Positions 27,565-43,550 of a stretch of 64,000 bases of DNA are shown one piece after another. The stretch covers positions 248,001 to 312,000 of the forward strand of contig CT868341.1 in NCBI GenBank assembly GCA_000165425.1, read 5' to 3'. Origin of the DNA: Paramecium tetraurelia (taxonomy: Eukaryota). The position numbers were made by a program, and so were the translations under genes. The notes beneath the pieces are model-generated. The model was given only the letters and a program-made list of their open reading frames with translations. It searched no databases and was not told the origin of the DNA. The stretch's first letter is position 1. Every line of letters begins with the position of its first letter.

Positions 27565-27970
27565 TCAGAATCCTAATTATGTCAACCATTTTCTTACACT
27601 TATTGTATGACTCCCATTTACTTCAACTCTTCCAACCTAATCTAATGTTTCAATCTTATACCTTCTCAATTACATCTGCATTTGAACACACTTTTCTTAA
27701 TTCCTTGATGAATTCATTAACATCTCCTTCTATATGTCTTATTACTGTTCTTGGTACTTCACTTCTCACAAAAAACTTTTTGTATACTGGAAGATTTCCA
27801 TTCTAAGATCTCAATACTCTGAATGGAGACTCTTCTCTTGTTTTATATTGAAGTGGTTCTGGTGTTTAAGAGTATTACTCTCTCTTTTATTATGCTACTG
27901 GATGCAATCTTCTCAAATTTTCTGTTGGTTGTCTTAACACTAGAGATTTTAAAACTTAAGTTTTATTCAT
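27565..27970 (-). CDS. Hypothetical small protein
   Basis: MNKTQVLKSLVLRQP... open to TGA. Confidence 0.55.
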
Positions 27971-28399
27971 ATATTAATATTAATAAACAGCAGTAACTTC
28001 ATTTGCATCTATTTTCTACATATGATTTAGATCTATCAATAAAACATGAACATCATGATTATGAAAAACCCTTATTATTCAAAATAAATGATGATAATTC
28101 AAATAATTAGAATTAGATTCCAAATGTTTTCCATTTATTTTGTTTTCAACAAAACTTATTATTCTATACATCCTCCATTATCTCTCTAAAAATTCTTCTC
28201 AATACTTATTTTTCGAAACAGGATTGATAGAATCTTTCTCAATATAAATTAAAATTTATCTATCTAAAATATATTTTCAATTTTTATCGCAAGTAATATA
28301 GAGTTATAGTTGAATGAATAGAGAATAGCTTATTACAAATCTAAAGATATTAATAATAATACTTATATAAATATATATGAATAATATGATTACTATTTT

Positions 28400-31302
28400 T
28401 CATTTTTCTGATCACTCAAAAAAATCTATAAGTTACCTTATAGCTTATTCTATATAAATAAATAAAAGAAATTACTTTTGAGTTTAGCATCAGTTTTTTG
28501 TCCCATTTGAATTTCATTTACAATATCAGCAAAAGTAGGTCTCTCATTTGGATTCTTCTTTAGACATTTTTTGGCTATTTAAAGTAGTATTGGAGGATTG
28601 CTATTAGAAGGAATAATAACTTAATCCTGTCCATATCCAACAGATCCAATAATTTACGTTTATGACAATCCTTCATATGGTATTTACTAAGTTATAATTT
28701 CCCAAAGGATCATTCCAAAACTATAAATATCGGACTTTTCTTGATATGGTTCTCCTCTCATAATTTCTGGAGCCATCCAATTAGGAGTTCCTATTCTAGC
28801 CCCTTTGTTTACTTTGTGATCTATCTTCTTATTGATTTTAGATAACCCAAAATCACATAATTTAACATTCCAATTTTAATCTATCAGTACATTTGACGAT
28901 TTGAGATCGCAATGCATAACCTTCCTACCATGTAGATAATTCATTCCCAAGGCAATGTCTTCAACTATTTGCATCAACGCTTTTTGATCAATGTGAGTCT
29001 TCTTTTTATGAAGATGATCAAAAAGACTTCCTTCTTCCAGATATTCGGTAATCAAATAATAATTTTATTTTCTTATGCACACTCCCATATACAACACTAT
29101 GTTTGGATGACGTAGATTAGAAATAACTTCTACTTCTTTCAGGAAATCAGCCATTTACAACTTGTATTTCAAATTTCCTTGGGATTTTCTTTTTCCATAC
29201 GATTTAATGGCCACGTCTTAACCAAGCCATTTTCCTTTATGCACAACTCCATAACCTCCTTCACCAATAATTTATCCAATAATCAATTCATGAAATACTA
29301 TTAATACTCTTTCATTGATTCCAAATTCTTTTAGCATCACTAATAGTTTTTTTGGCAGGTGATGTTATTGTCTATCATCTTTTTCTTTTTCTTTCTTATT
29401 AATTTCTCTTAATCTTCTAGATCTCTTTTGATTTTTGTATTTTTCTTCATCTGATGAATCTGAACTTGAATCATTTCCAGACACATCAGATTCTTAACTT
29501 GAGGTGTCTTAATCTTAAAATTTGCTTCCATTAACTTCTGATTTCTATCGTTGCAATTGTTAACTAATTGATTATAACTTTTCTTATTAAGTAGCATTTT
29601 CATCATTGTTATTAGTGAGTTAAGGTGGAGTTTTCGATGACATTGCATCTTACAATTCCTATTATTTATTTGTTGATTATTATTTTGATAATTCACTAAT
29701 TGGATGACTATCTTTCTCCTTGTTCTCTTCTACAACATTGGAGCATTCATTCAATACTAGCATATCAATCTTTTATTCACTTATATTCACACTAGCTTTA
29801 TTTGGAGATTCTAAATATATAATATATCATATACAAACAGGTGATGTTAGATGCTATTTACCATCTTCATCGTCTGCTGATTCTCCTGATTTCTACAAAT
29901 CCAATGTTTATTTTCTTTATTACTTTTTGCTTCTTTTACTTTTTTGTTTCTTCAATTTCAATGACTTATTATTATCACTCAAGTTTCCTTGATCTGAATC
30001 ATTAGACATAGATCTCGTTGGTGATTTAGGAATATCTTTAATATTCTTCTTCCTCTTATTGGCACTTGGGGAATCACTACTTGATTAACTTATATTGTTA
30101 TCATGATGTTCATTTTGCTCCTCTTCAATCTTCTCCATATAAGAAAAGAGGCTCTTAAATCTCAATTGTTCAATCGAATTAAAAACTCCCTTTCTATCTT
30201 CCAAAGATTCTAAAGGCTTCTTCAATAGGATTTTCCCCCCCATGAACTTCACATAGTATTTCTTGTATTCTTCAATAGACTACAAAATCTGCTTTCGATG
30301 TCCCAATACTGAGATTCCCAAATCTTATTTTAAATCATTATCAGTTAAAGCATAAAGGGTTTTGCCTGTCATTTAGTTTTTAATAAATTCATCTTTATAT
30401 TCACTTAAATGTAATGAATCCAACCAATTGCAAACATCCTCCAATTACCATTCTTACACTATATTTTTAATATATTTGAATAATCTTACTATTTTTTTAA
30501 CTCTCAAACTCTTCCAACTTCTCCAATACTTATAAACTCAAAAATCCATGTTATTATGAAGTGCCAAAAGAATTTAACTATGATTTACCTTCTTCTTTCT
30601 ATTAAGGATCGGATTCCCCTTAACCACTCTATCCACTAGGTTGCATGTCCTTTTATTTATCACTATCGTTCTATATTGTAGGACTAGCTTCTATTTTAAT
30701 GGCGCAATCTTCGCTCCTCTCACTCTCTAAATGGTGTCTTTCTGGTTTTATATGGAATTTTTCAAGCACATAGGTTGGTACTTCTTCAATATACACACTA
30801 TCTAAGATATTGTCAGATTCGTGATGCTATTTGTAATATTTCTTCTCACGAGTGTTAAAGTAATAGCCAGTTCCATACTTTTTATTCATTCTAAACTATC
30901 CTGCATAATCTATCTTCTAATACCATGGAATATATTTTAATCAGCTTAATATAAAGTTCCTGCACCATCCCTCTAATCATCTTTCCATTCTCCAACATAT
31001 CTATCCCCATTTATATAAAAATGCATTCCTTCTCCGCACTTCTTATTCTCAACCCAATCCCCTATGTACAGTTCCCCATTCTTGTAGTAGAGCTTACCTT
31101 TCCCATGCTTTTGATGATTCTTCCACTACCCTTCGTAACGATTCCCTGACGCAAATTTATAGGTTCCCTTGCCATGACGTTTATCATTCAGAATCTCACC
31201 CTGATATTCATCTTCATTTGAGTAGATTATATGTTTCTGTACTTGCTAATTCACTTCTTATTATTTCGAGGGTTCTCCATAAAGAAACTTCAATAAATTC
31301 AT
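28400..31302 (-). CDS. MORN-repeat / SAM-domain / tyrosine-kinase-like (TKL) protein kinase
   Basis: MORN repeats (YEGQWKNHQKHGKG, YIGDWVENKKCGEG, YVGEWKDDQRDGAG); SAM (WQLEDVCNWLDSLHLSEY...LGISVLGHRKQIL); kinase GEGGYGVV, HCDLKSSN, DFG, WMAPE. Confidence 0.92.
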
Positions 31303-31494
31303 TTAATAATGATTCCAATTTAAATTTCTTAAATCAGTTTAATAAATAGACAACCAAAGAAATAAAAATAGAACAAATAATATATTTGATAAAGGTTAAC
31401 TATAATGTATAAATAAAATGAAATCAAAATTAAAAGGACAATGAGTTTCCTACTTGTTTATCTAATTACTAGAAGAAGTCTAAAAAAATATAAG

Positions 31495-32655
31495 TCATAT
31501 ATTCATACTTTTTAGTTCATTGTTCGGATTAAATAAGGAGAATGTACTTGATGATGATGATTGTGAGGCAGACTCTTATTTCGCAAACAGTCTTTGAGAT
31601 ATCTGACTCTTCATGAATGGAGAATTCAAAAATGAAGATGCAATTTCATCAAGATTGAATACTTTCCTTTCGGTAATATTATTTAAATCCTAAATCTACA
31701 TCTATTATTATTGGAGTTTAGCACTTGACACTTAACCACTGCCAAAATGAGTAGAATGACAAGGCTAAAACAATTTGTTTTATGGGGTATTATTAAATGG
31801 ATTTAATGAACTATTGGCAATGTTGATTGTCTATTCTTCTTCTTTTTAGCTATTATTGGATTTATATTATTCTTTGTCATATTGAATTTACGATTTTATT
31901 TTTGATTACACTTATCTAAGATGTTTAGGCACTCCTCCCGCTCCCCCAGATGCCTTATTCTCTTTGCATATGCTCTTCTTCTTCTCTCCTTTGAATTTCG
32001 GAGAATTTCGATTATGCAAACTGTCAAATTGACTTGAATGATGAGATGATCGTTAAGTAACTTGTCTGGTGCTGTTCTCACGTTATGATAGAGGATGTAT
32101 TTCAGTTTGTGAGTTGTTTCTTGGTAAATATTTGGGGATTATCGGTTATTAATCAATAGTTTGCTTTCTTGGAGGTTAATGTTAAGAATCATTATTGCTT
32201 ATATGATTGTCGCTATATTGATTCCATAATATTGATTTGCTTTATAGTAAACTAAGAATTCTTACATCTCAGAATCATCCAAGTGATGCTTAAATGGTAC
32301 TGCCTTTTTAACATTCTATTAAAGTGGAATTTATTCAGTGATTTTTGGTGTAACTTTGGGAGGCATTAATTTAGGCTGACTGTGATATTTAATTTGTTAT
32401 TCTGGTTGAATATGCTTCTCTAGAGAGAGAACCTTATTTCTCAAATTTTTCAATTCCTAATGAATAGACTTCTGTTTGAATGAATCTAGATAATAAATCA
32501 AAATTACTCGCTAATAATTTGATTGCTTCCTAATTTATATCTTCTAGCTTATGCTTTACAAACCCTATGCCTAGAATGAGAAGGTATTTGATTAATTTAT
32601 CGTTCTTGATGAGTTTGTATTCCTCTACAAATTTATTCAGATGTTTCAATTCCAT
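31495..32655 (-). CDS. Hypothetical protein
   Basis: MELKHLNKFVEEYKLIK... code-6 frame with one intron; S/Q-rich C-terminus. Confidence 0.65.
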
Positions 32656-32682
32656 TTATATTTTTAACAGTTAATTTATTAA

Positions 32683-34758
32683 ATGCTTAGGGCAACATAT
32701 GAACATATTATTCATGTAGAGTCATTTAAAAACATTGATCTCTTCAATTAAGGACTCTATTACTTGAGATTTCTGATCAAATCCAATGGTGAGTAAGCCA
32801 CTCCTTACAATTACTTTGAAACCAATAATAACAAAAAAAAAGAATCTTGGCAACCAAGCCAGATTGACGAACAGTACTTTTAAACTAGAACATTTATGAT
32901 ACGATTCTAAGAAGAAGAAGTAGAGATAGATGAAAGTTGCATTTTTAAAATAGAAGTCTCAGCATCTCCTCATTATGAACATGAATTCAAATTAATATGT
33001 GAACTAATGTGTGCAGATCTAGCTAAAATTGGAGGTCCTCCTAATGAAGAATCTCTTTTCAAGTGTGTGGCTACATTTTAAGGGAGAATCTGCAATTCTT
33101 ATAAGGGAGTACATGAATATGTTCCAATCATGTTTGATACCAATCATTTTTGTCAGGTTCATTGCACTGTGAATTCTAATCTTCAAGATTTTAAGTTTCG
33201 ATTAAGTGAATTCCAAAAAGCTAATAGCTCTAAAATATCAATTCAACCGAAGACATTTACAGAGTTCCTTCATAAACACACTAACAAATTCACTAAGAGT
33301 CAAGAGTTCTTTGATTACTATATTGGATAATTGAGATTAACTAGTGAATAGCTGTAATAATAAGTGGCTAAGCTTTGCGGTTAACTAAAATTATATGAGG
33401 AATTATCCAAATTACCTACTATTCCTAAATTCTCATACATCCAATATCAAGAATCCTCAATTATTAAAGAGAATATCCATACTAAAGGTAATATATTAAT
33501 TTCTGATGTTTTAAATTTAAAGAACATTAGAGATTAAAACCTGTTATCTACTCTAATCGAAAATGATATTAATCAATATTCTTCTGTTCTGTTTGAACTA
33601 CAAAACATACTAATTAATATCATATAAAACAATTCAAAATAATATCGAATACTATTACAACAAGACTATCAAGTTAAAATAAAAGATAAATGGGGAGAAA
33701 CATATTTTAGAGAAGTCATTAAATGTAATTCCTTTTCCAATGGAACATTATGTCAAAAATAACATCAAGATGTTAGTGATCAAATTAGAAGAAAACCTAT
33801 TATCATGGAATAGTAATTGGATATTATTGATGAAAATCTATTCTCTGATTAAAAGTAGGCAACTGTGTTATTTGAAGAAATCTATCAGATTAGTTAGCCT
33901 TTAGTTTAATAAGAATAAATCTTGCAATTAATTGTTTTGGTACATGGATTTCAAGGAAATTCTTTGGACATGAGATTAATTAAGAATAATCTACAATTAT
34001 AATATCCAAATCATCACTATTTAATGAGTAGAGCAAATGAAGATTTGACTGATGGAAATCTCTCTGACATGGGTTAGAATCTAGCCTAGGAAGTTAAATA
34101 ATATATATTGGATTGGATAAAGAATAATCCTTTTCGAATCAGTTTTCTTGGTCATTCAATGGGAGGAGTGATTGTCAGAGCTGCATTACCACATTTGAGT
34201 GATTTCAAGATCAATATGAATACATACATATCTTTGTCAAGTCCCCATCTAGGATATGGTTACAATAATAGTTTACTTATTGATGCAGGATTATGGTTTC
34301 TAAAAAGAATGAGAAAATCCGTCTCTTTATAATAATTAGCAATGACTGATGCTGAATAAATTGAAAATACATTCCTTTATCAATTGTCAAGACAGGATGG
34401 TTTAAATTGGTTCCAGAATATCCTATTTGTTAGTTCAGCCTAGGATTCATATGTTCCATTTGAGAGTGCAAGAATCTCTAAGAATTTTGAAAGAAGTGAT
34501 TAAGTATCTATATTTATAATTATAAAGAACTCAAGAAAATATGAGAAAATGGTTGATAATATTTTTAATGGAATGAGAGCAACATAAGTGAGAAGATTAG
34601 ATGTTAATTTCGTTTTGAAAGAGTAATATTATTTATAACCTATTATTAGAAATAGAACTATTGACAATATGATTGGAAGATCAGCTCATATAATGTTTTT
34701 AGAAAATCAATAATTATTAAGAATGTTAGTAACCTGCGTAGATGATATATTTAATTGA
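32683..34758 (+). CDS. FAM135-like protein (C-terminal DUF676 lipase/serine-esterase domain)
   Basis: FKNIDLFNQGLYYLR N-terminus; LIVLVHGFQGNSLDM, ISFLGHSMGG (GxSxG), LSSPHLG, SSAQDSYVP, IGRSAH. Confidence 0.9.
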
Positions 34759-34788
34759 CTTTATCTTTATTTATAATTAGATAGTAAA

Positions 34789-35511
34789 TCATTTATTAAT
34801 GATAAGCGAATCAGTAGAGAAGTTCTAACTGTCTGCAATTTTGATTGTGGGTGTTAAGAGCCATCCTGGAGATTATTGTTCACAACAGTTTTCATTAAAT
34901 GATAATTAATCAACAATGCTATAATCTTTCCGAAAATGTTGGTCGATTAAACCTTTATTTATTAGAATAAGCATATCTAAACATTATTATATCTAATTTC
35001 TTATGTCATTGATTTATTTATTGTTAGTCAATTATGAGATTGCATTTAAAAATGTCTAATTTTGGTTTACCAACAATTATTCATAAATTGTATTATTATT
35101 TTCTTATATCAAAGTCATTAATGTAGAGGGGTATACTATTGATTAGAAAATTGAGGCTGCTTATCTTGGCTGAAAATTATTCATATCAATGGACTCCATT
35201 TATGAGAGTAGACAATTTGTATAAGTGACTTTTGATTCTACAAGTTATATGATTTATTCCTCTTGTTCCGATAATTAATCATATTAGGTAGCTTGATCTA
35301 ATGTAGTTAAATCACATTAGGTTGATTAATCTTTGAATATCTTAATGTGTTATTCAATTTTATTTTCGTCAGTTAATTGAGTTTAACATTTGATTTTATT
35401 CATGTAAGTGTTGCTATTGGCATTAAAATTAATGACTTCTGGAATGGTTTTGACTTGGAATTGTTATTTCGGGATGGATATCTGATTGATAAACTAATAA
35501 TAATTATTCAT
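34789..35511 (-). CDS. Hypothetical protein
   Basis: MNNYYQFINQISIPKQQFQVK... open code-6 frame. Confidence 0.55.
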
Positions 35512-35515
35512 ATAA

Positions 35516-36583
35516 ATGAGATATTAGGAATAATTTTTATTTTTCTAAGCGCTTCCACATTAATCTATTTCCCTTATAAAAAGATTATGATAATATGAAA
35601 AATAGATACCGAGGAATTGTAAGATGCATATTATTTATATGTATGATGGGTTCATTGAGACCTTACAATGATCCAATAAAACGGTTTTCAGAATTTTGGA
35701 GATTTATGTTTTGGTTTGGAGTATGTTATAATGCTTTTTGATATTTTTGATATTCTAAAATGAGAGGGAAGCTAGATAATTGATAAAATTGGGTGATGAG
35801 AGTTTGGGAAGATAGGTTACAAAAGATATGCCCACTTACGATAATAATTGTGAGTTTGAATTAGTTAACATAGTGGATAATTTAGATCATTATTTCCTAT
35901 AGCATTGTTTAAATTGGTTTTTACTGGCCTTCTTACTAAGAGATGCATGGTTATTAAATTTCTGGTAAATATTTAATGAGGTAATTGAACTATCTTGGCA
36001 GCATATATTACCACATTTTAGAGAATGTTGGTGGTATCATGTTTTATTAGATGTATTAATTGGTAATACGTTAATTGTGTTTTTGGGATTGTGGGTTAGT
36101 AAGAAATTAGGGATTGGATAATTTGATTGGTTGGGTAGAAAGGACAAATCATTTACTTAATAGTTGGTTTGGCATGACTATAAATATTTTGGTTCTTCAA
36201 TTGGTACTTGGTTAGCATTGACTATAAATTTCTTGGCTGGATTTTTCTTAATGAGTTAATTATGGGTTCCACCTAAATGTTGGATGGTATCATATAGATT
36301 ATTTGTTTGGTTTGAAATGGGAGTACTGAGTTGGTAGGAGTAATGGAATGATTTGAAGGGGAATTAAGATTAATCAGGTTAATGTAGATATTTGGTTGTG
36401 TGGACTCTCTTTGAAGAGACATTCATTGGCATCAAGTTTTTAAAGGATGCTGGAAATATTTAATATGTAGATACACCTTATTATATATCTATTCCATGGA
36501 TAGCAACTATTACAATTAGTTCAGGAGTATATTTAATAATGAGAGTGAAAAACAAGAGAAGATAAAAGTTGAAGGTTAGATGA
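35516..36583 (+). CDS. Phosphatidylserine synthase (PTDSS/PSS family); start uncertain (35516 with indels, or 35595)
   Basis: EFWRFMFWFGVCY, YDNNCE, DHYFLQHCLNW, LRDAW, EVIELSWQHILPHFRECWWYHVLLDVLIGN. Confidence 0.85.
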
Positions 36584-36617
36584 GTATTAATTATAAAAAC
36601 AATATTAATAATTATAA

Positions 36618-38311
36618 ATGGATTATTGTATGAGAAAGACGGAGATGACAGATAACAAAGAAGATGATGGTAAGAGTGAGTGATGTATTATTAGTTACAT
36701 TTGCTAGTTATGAATGGGAAAATATAAAGGCGACAACTGCATCATAATTGCCAACTTGTAGGAATTGTCATACGGCGACTACGTTTAAACATTATATGAT
36801 CATCTTTGGAGGCAAGGAAGGAGAAGGAAGGAAGAAGTTCTGCAATGATATACATATTTTGGATTTAAAAAGATTAAAGTAATGCAATAATAGTATGATT
36901 AGTTGGACATCCTAAATCAAGGTGAGTGGATAGATACCAGATGTAAGAATGGGTCACAGTGCTTAGAATTATTATGATAAGATTGTCTATTATGGAGGAT
37001 GGAATGGTTATACAGTATTGGATGATATTATTTTGATGACTCCAAGTGAATAAATGAATGTTGTTTGTATAGATTGGTAACATCTTAAATCAGAGAATAC
37101 TCCTCCAAAGAGACAGTTCCATACAGCCAATATTTGTGGAGACTTTATGTATATTTTTGGAGGAGGAGATGGTAAAATGTGGTTGAGTGATCTCTACAAA
37201 TTTGATCTAGTAAAATGTTTTTGGACTTAAGTAGAAACCACAGGACAGAAACCTTAAGGCAGATTATAACATAGTTCAGTAATCTACGACCATAAAATTT
37301 ATGTTTTTGGTGGTGAACCTGATAGATCTCATCAACTTAATGACTTATATTAATTAGACATCGAAAACAATGTCTGGACACGTTTGTAACCAAAGGGAAG
37401 TACGCCATCTCCAAGAGTTAGTGCTTCAGCTGTTATGATGAATAATAAGATCTATTTGTTTGGAGGATATGATGGATAACAATGGAGAAATGATGTCTTC
37501 ATGTACAATATCACTGAAAATCAATGGGAATATATTGTAATCAACGAATAAGAAATTCTCCCTCATTTTAGATGTTCATCTAAAGAGAACACATCTTAAC
37601 AATCATCTCCCCCAAGACCCAGATGTCGACATTCTGCTATTGCCTATAAGAATACTATTGTGATTTTCGGAGGCAATGATAGTGAGAAATCATATAATGA
37701 TGTCTATATGCTTAAATAACAGTCCACTATTAAACTAGCAGAATCAACCCTAAAACAAGACTTCTCCAGCATTTTGTTTTCTCCTGTATTGAGTGATATC
37801 ACATTCTTTGTTGAGAATTAAGAGATTTATGCGCATAAGATCATTTTGGCATCCCGTTGTGAATATTTCAAGACCCTATTTTTAAATGAACAATTCAATC
37901 TAGGCGATAAGTTGGCTATCACTGATACAACTATTAATGTATTCAAAGGTATTCATCACACAATTTCATCATCTAGCAATCCTGTAGTACATTTATACCG
38001 ATGAAGTGTTCATCGACTCTTATATTGTTTAAGACTTGCTTGCATTAGCAGATAAGTATATGTTGCAGAGACTTAAGAATTTATGTGAAGATCATTTAGT
38101 ATATATTATAATGCTATCTATTTAGATTAAGAACATTTCTTTAAAAAATGTGATTGAAGTTGTTAATTTGGCTGATAAATTCTCTGCATAAGAATTGAAA
38201 GCCAATGCTATGATCTTTTTACTTGATAATAAATAGAAGATATTGAACACTTAAGATATCAATATGCTATCTAAGGAGATATTAATAGAATTGTTAAAAT
38301 TTACTAAATGA
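36618..38311 (+). CDS. Kelch-repeat + BTB/POZ protein (LZTR1-like)
   Basis: Repeated R..H.....MYIFGG.....ND Kelch units; SDITFFVENQEIYAHKIILASRCEYF...LQYIYTD...LADKY BTB. Confidence 0.9.
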
Positions 38312-38322
38312 ATATATTATAA

Positions 38323-38851
38323 TCATATAACTATCAAGTAGTTTATCATCATTGCCAAAATCATTAGTTAAGGAATAAATAGCCATTTCATACTGAATTT
38401 GGCCACTATCATAATTGTACTAACCAAATATAAGATTACCATGACCAACAAAAATATATTATCTCCTCCATTTAATATATTTATTATGGCCACAGATGAT
38501 AATAAGAAATGAACGTTAATCAAATAATTTACTTTCGGTCTTATTATTTATGCTATTGATTAATTCTTAAATTACTCACTTCAATTGATTACCTCTTGCT
38601 ATTATTGTTGCTATGGAAGATCCTCTTCACTTTTACATTACTGTTGTTCTTCAGCCTCTAAAAATTACATTATTCTCACCCTCAATCACAAATTAATTTC
38701 TAGGCAAATTCTATGATTTGTAGCTATTCATTCTCGTCTTGCGACTCTAATGTACATTTTCCTTCCATCTAAACTTTGACAATACAGCATAGCCAAATAA
38801 AACTAAACTACTCATTAACCAAAAGAATTCAATTATCTGTCCTGCAATCAT
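38323..38851 (-). CDS. Hypothetical membrane protein
   Basis: Hydrophobic N- and C-terminal segments with tiny introns. Confidence 0.5.
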
Positions 38852-39354
38852 TATAATTTAATTAACGAATCTCATTAATCACAAATTCCTAAATACTTAA
38901 TATACATACATATTCATGAATTCTAATATTAATACTAAAATTATTCACTAAATCAATAAAGATAAGAAAGTAGTTAATCCTTTAAAATTGTTGAAATGAT
39001 GTCTATCAGAATAACTATTTGATTATTAACATCAAATTTATATTTATAATTTTCACATTTTAAAACATCTACTTAGAATTTAAAGTGCATTAATTGCTTA
39101 CTAAATTTTATTGTGAAAATCTAAAAAAGTTATGTTTTCTTATCATTTTTGTAATATTACAATTCTGAATAGTATTCTTTTGTTAATTACTGTTTATAAT
39201 TTTGAATTAAAAAAAAAATCAAAGTTCTATATAAAAAATGTTAATTAATAGGCGAAATAGTCTGAAACTAATGAAAGAATATATTATTTTCTTCAATTTC
39301 AAATGTTCACTCATTATTAAAAGCTATTTTCTTTATAAATTTAATTAATTTCAA

Positions 39355-39735
39355 ATGGGATTGGCTTGTTCTTCCAGCAATCATAAACCTCACAATTCTC
39401 AAATCAACGAAATCAATTAGCCTCTTGTGATTGCAGAGAATTTCATTAATATCATTGGATAATTAGAATTATCTGACGATATCCACGATGATCTTCGTTA
39501 TAATTTAAATCAATTAATTATACTGAGGAGCAAGCTGGCACATTGCATCGTTCGCTTACATAAACGATACTCTCATTATCACTACAAATAATTAGAAAAA
39601 GAGCTCACAAGTGTATTTTAATATGTAGATATCATATTACAGAATGTTTACTTAGAATTGTATTTTCCATTAATATATACATTCTTAGTTGACTTAATAG
39701 AAATACACAAATAAAATTTGAAATAGTAACTATGA
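39355..39735 (+). CDS. Small hypothetical protein with an MGxxCS myristoylation/palmitoylation-like N-terminus
   Basis: MGLACSSSNHKP... open to TGA. Confidence 0.6.
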
Positions 39736-40141
39736 TGAAGAGAGTGTGAGATTATTAAATTAAATTTATAAATTTGAAATAATAATTATACATTATTTTA
39801 TTTGCTTCTCCCTATTGATATATTAATTTATAAATATATTTGATTTAATTATATTTTATTTTGTATAAACAATTTGTGAAAGAATTATTTATGAAATTAT
39901 AGCAAATCAATTGCTGTAAATTACATACTTAATTCATTGTTATAAATGCAATTAATCAAATGTTTCAGTAATATTCTTCTACCTAGGAAATTTTAAATCT
40001 GATCATAATTTATTCAACAAATCATTGATTTACTTTGAATTATTGTGTATTTGCGAAAGAATTAATATAACAGAGCAAATAATTCATGATTTTAATGCAT
40101 AAATCTTATTACTCTATATAATATTTTGATTAATATATAAA

Positions 40142-40698
40142 TCACAAATTTTTGTTGCTTTCTAAATAATTGTGCTCCACTTTTTTAGAACGTTAAGCCT
40201 ATTATTCTTTTCTCGCAATTTTTCTAAAGTAAGGGTCTTCCTAGAAGGGTTTCAATTTGAAATTTAAGGCAGCTGAATTAATACTATATTTGATGAATGT
40301 TGGAGGAGGTCCATCGAAAGAGACCTTTCCAACGAAGCTATCACATCCTGCACAACATAGGTCTCTTTCTTCCTAAAAATGTAGTAATGATGTAAATACT
40401 TTAACATTGGATTCCTCTAATTTGACACTGTTAGGAATGTGATTCCAAAATTATGCATACCCTGTAGTTGATTTGTATTTAGTGTCAAATGAAAATAATT
40501 AATTCTCGCAATGTTTACAATGATAGGTACCAACTTCTTGATTCTGGTTAAATAGATTATAAAATTTACAAACCAATATTCTCCAGTATATGGTCGTTCC
40601 ATCCCTTTGCCAGCTGCAATCCAATATTGATGTGGAGTCATTGCTAAATGATCTACTTTGATTAATTTGCTGAAAGCTTAATAATATAGCCGCAACAT
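40142..40698 (-). CDS. MsrB/SelR-domain protein, catalytic Cys apparently replaced by Ser
   Basis: GMERPYTGEY, GTYHCKHC..LFSFDTKY.S.TG, CAGCDSFVGKVSFDGPPPT, KYSINSAAL. Confidence 0.85.
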
Positions 40699-40743
40699 AA
40701 TTATATAAATTAATTTATAAAAATCATAGGAAAGGTGGGTAGG

Positions 40744-41538
40744 TCATTTTAAAACCATTCATGTCTATTTAGTTATGGACTGATTACAACAATCAAAACA
40801 CTTGCATTTGTCTGTACATTTCTAATTTCTTAAGTAGCATTCACAATATCTTTTTCTACATTTAGATTTAGTGCAAGAACATCCATATATTACATCCAAT
40901 TTAAATAGAGCATCTCGAGGCATCCTTCTATTTCTATAACACTTTTAATCAACATGTATAATTGCATTATTTCTTTATTCTTAATGTTATTCATTGTTCT
41001 AACAATCTTCTGAACATTAGCATTCTTTTAAACACATTCTACCGCTATGAAAGCATCTGCAATATCTCTTTAGACATCCACTATTCTTGCAATTGCAAGG
41101 CTGTTGTTGTAATTTTTAGATTTCACTGGGATCATTCTGTAAGATTTAAAAATATTTAAATGCTTATTCTTCATTCTCCTATTTTTTTTAAAGAGTATGA
41201 ATGTTCTGCTAGTGTTATTCATTTATTTTTGATTGTTCTTAATTTTGTTCCTGCTCTAACCCCAAATTAGAATCTTTTTCTTCTTGAGTTTGGTCAGGTT
41301 ATTCAATTACATTTATAAATCTTTAGGATTCTTCTTGTCTTAAGTGTTGTTGTTGCTGCTCTTATGACATATTTCTAAAAAGTTCAAGCTGAATCGGATC
41401 CTCAGAGTAAAATTCATACAAGATTTGAGGTGATCTGACAAAGTCATCATTTTAAGAACTTTTCTTAAATCCAAATATCTCTTGTGATTCTCGATACACT
41501 AATTATTGAGGGCTATCGTTCTACCTTTATGAATCCAT
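40744..41538 (-). CDS. Tesmin/TSO1-like CXC (CRC) domain protein (LIN54-like)
   Basis: PCNCKNSGCLKRYCRCFHSGRMCLKECQCSEDCQN and GCSCTKSKCRKRYCECYLRNQKCTDKCKCFDCCN. Confidence 0.9.
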
Positions 41539-41608
41539 TTAAACTTAGCTTTCTTATTTTTATATCATTACAATATTAATATATGCTTTTAATTTTAATA
41601 ATTAATTA

Positions 41609-43392
<1,784 letters not shown>

Positions 43393-43550
43393 CATTAACA
43401 TATTTAGAATTCAATCATATCAAAATTATTTATTCAAATAAAATGGAATGATCCCAAGCGTTTAATTTCCATTCTTCGATAATAATTTTACTATTATTTT
43501 GACCTATTTTATTGAATATTTAATTTGCTGATCAATATAAATATATAAAA

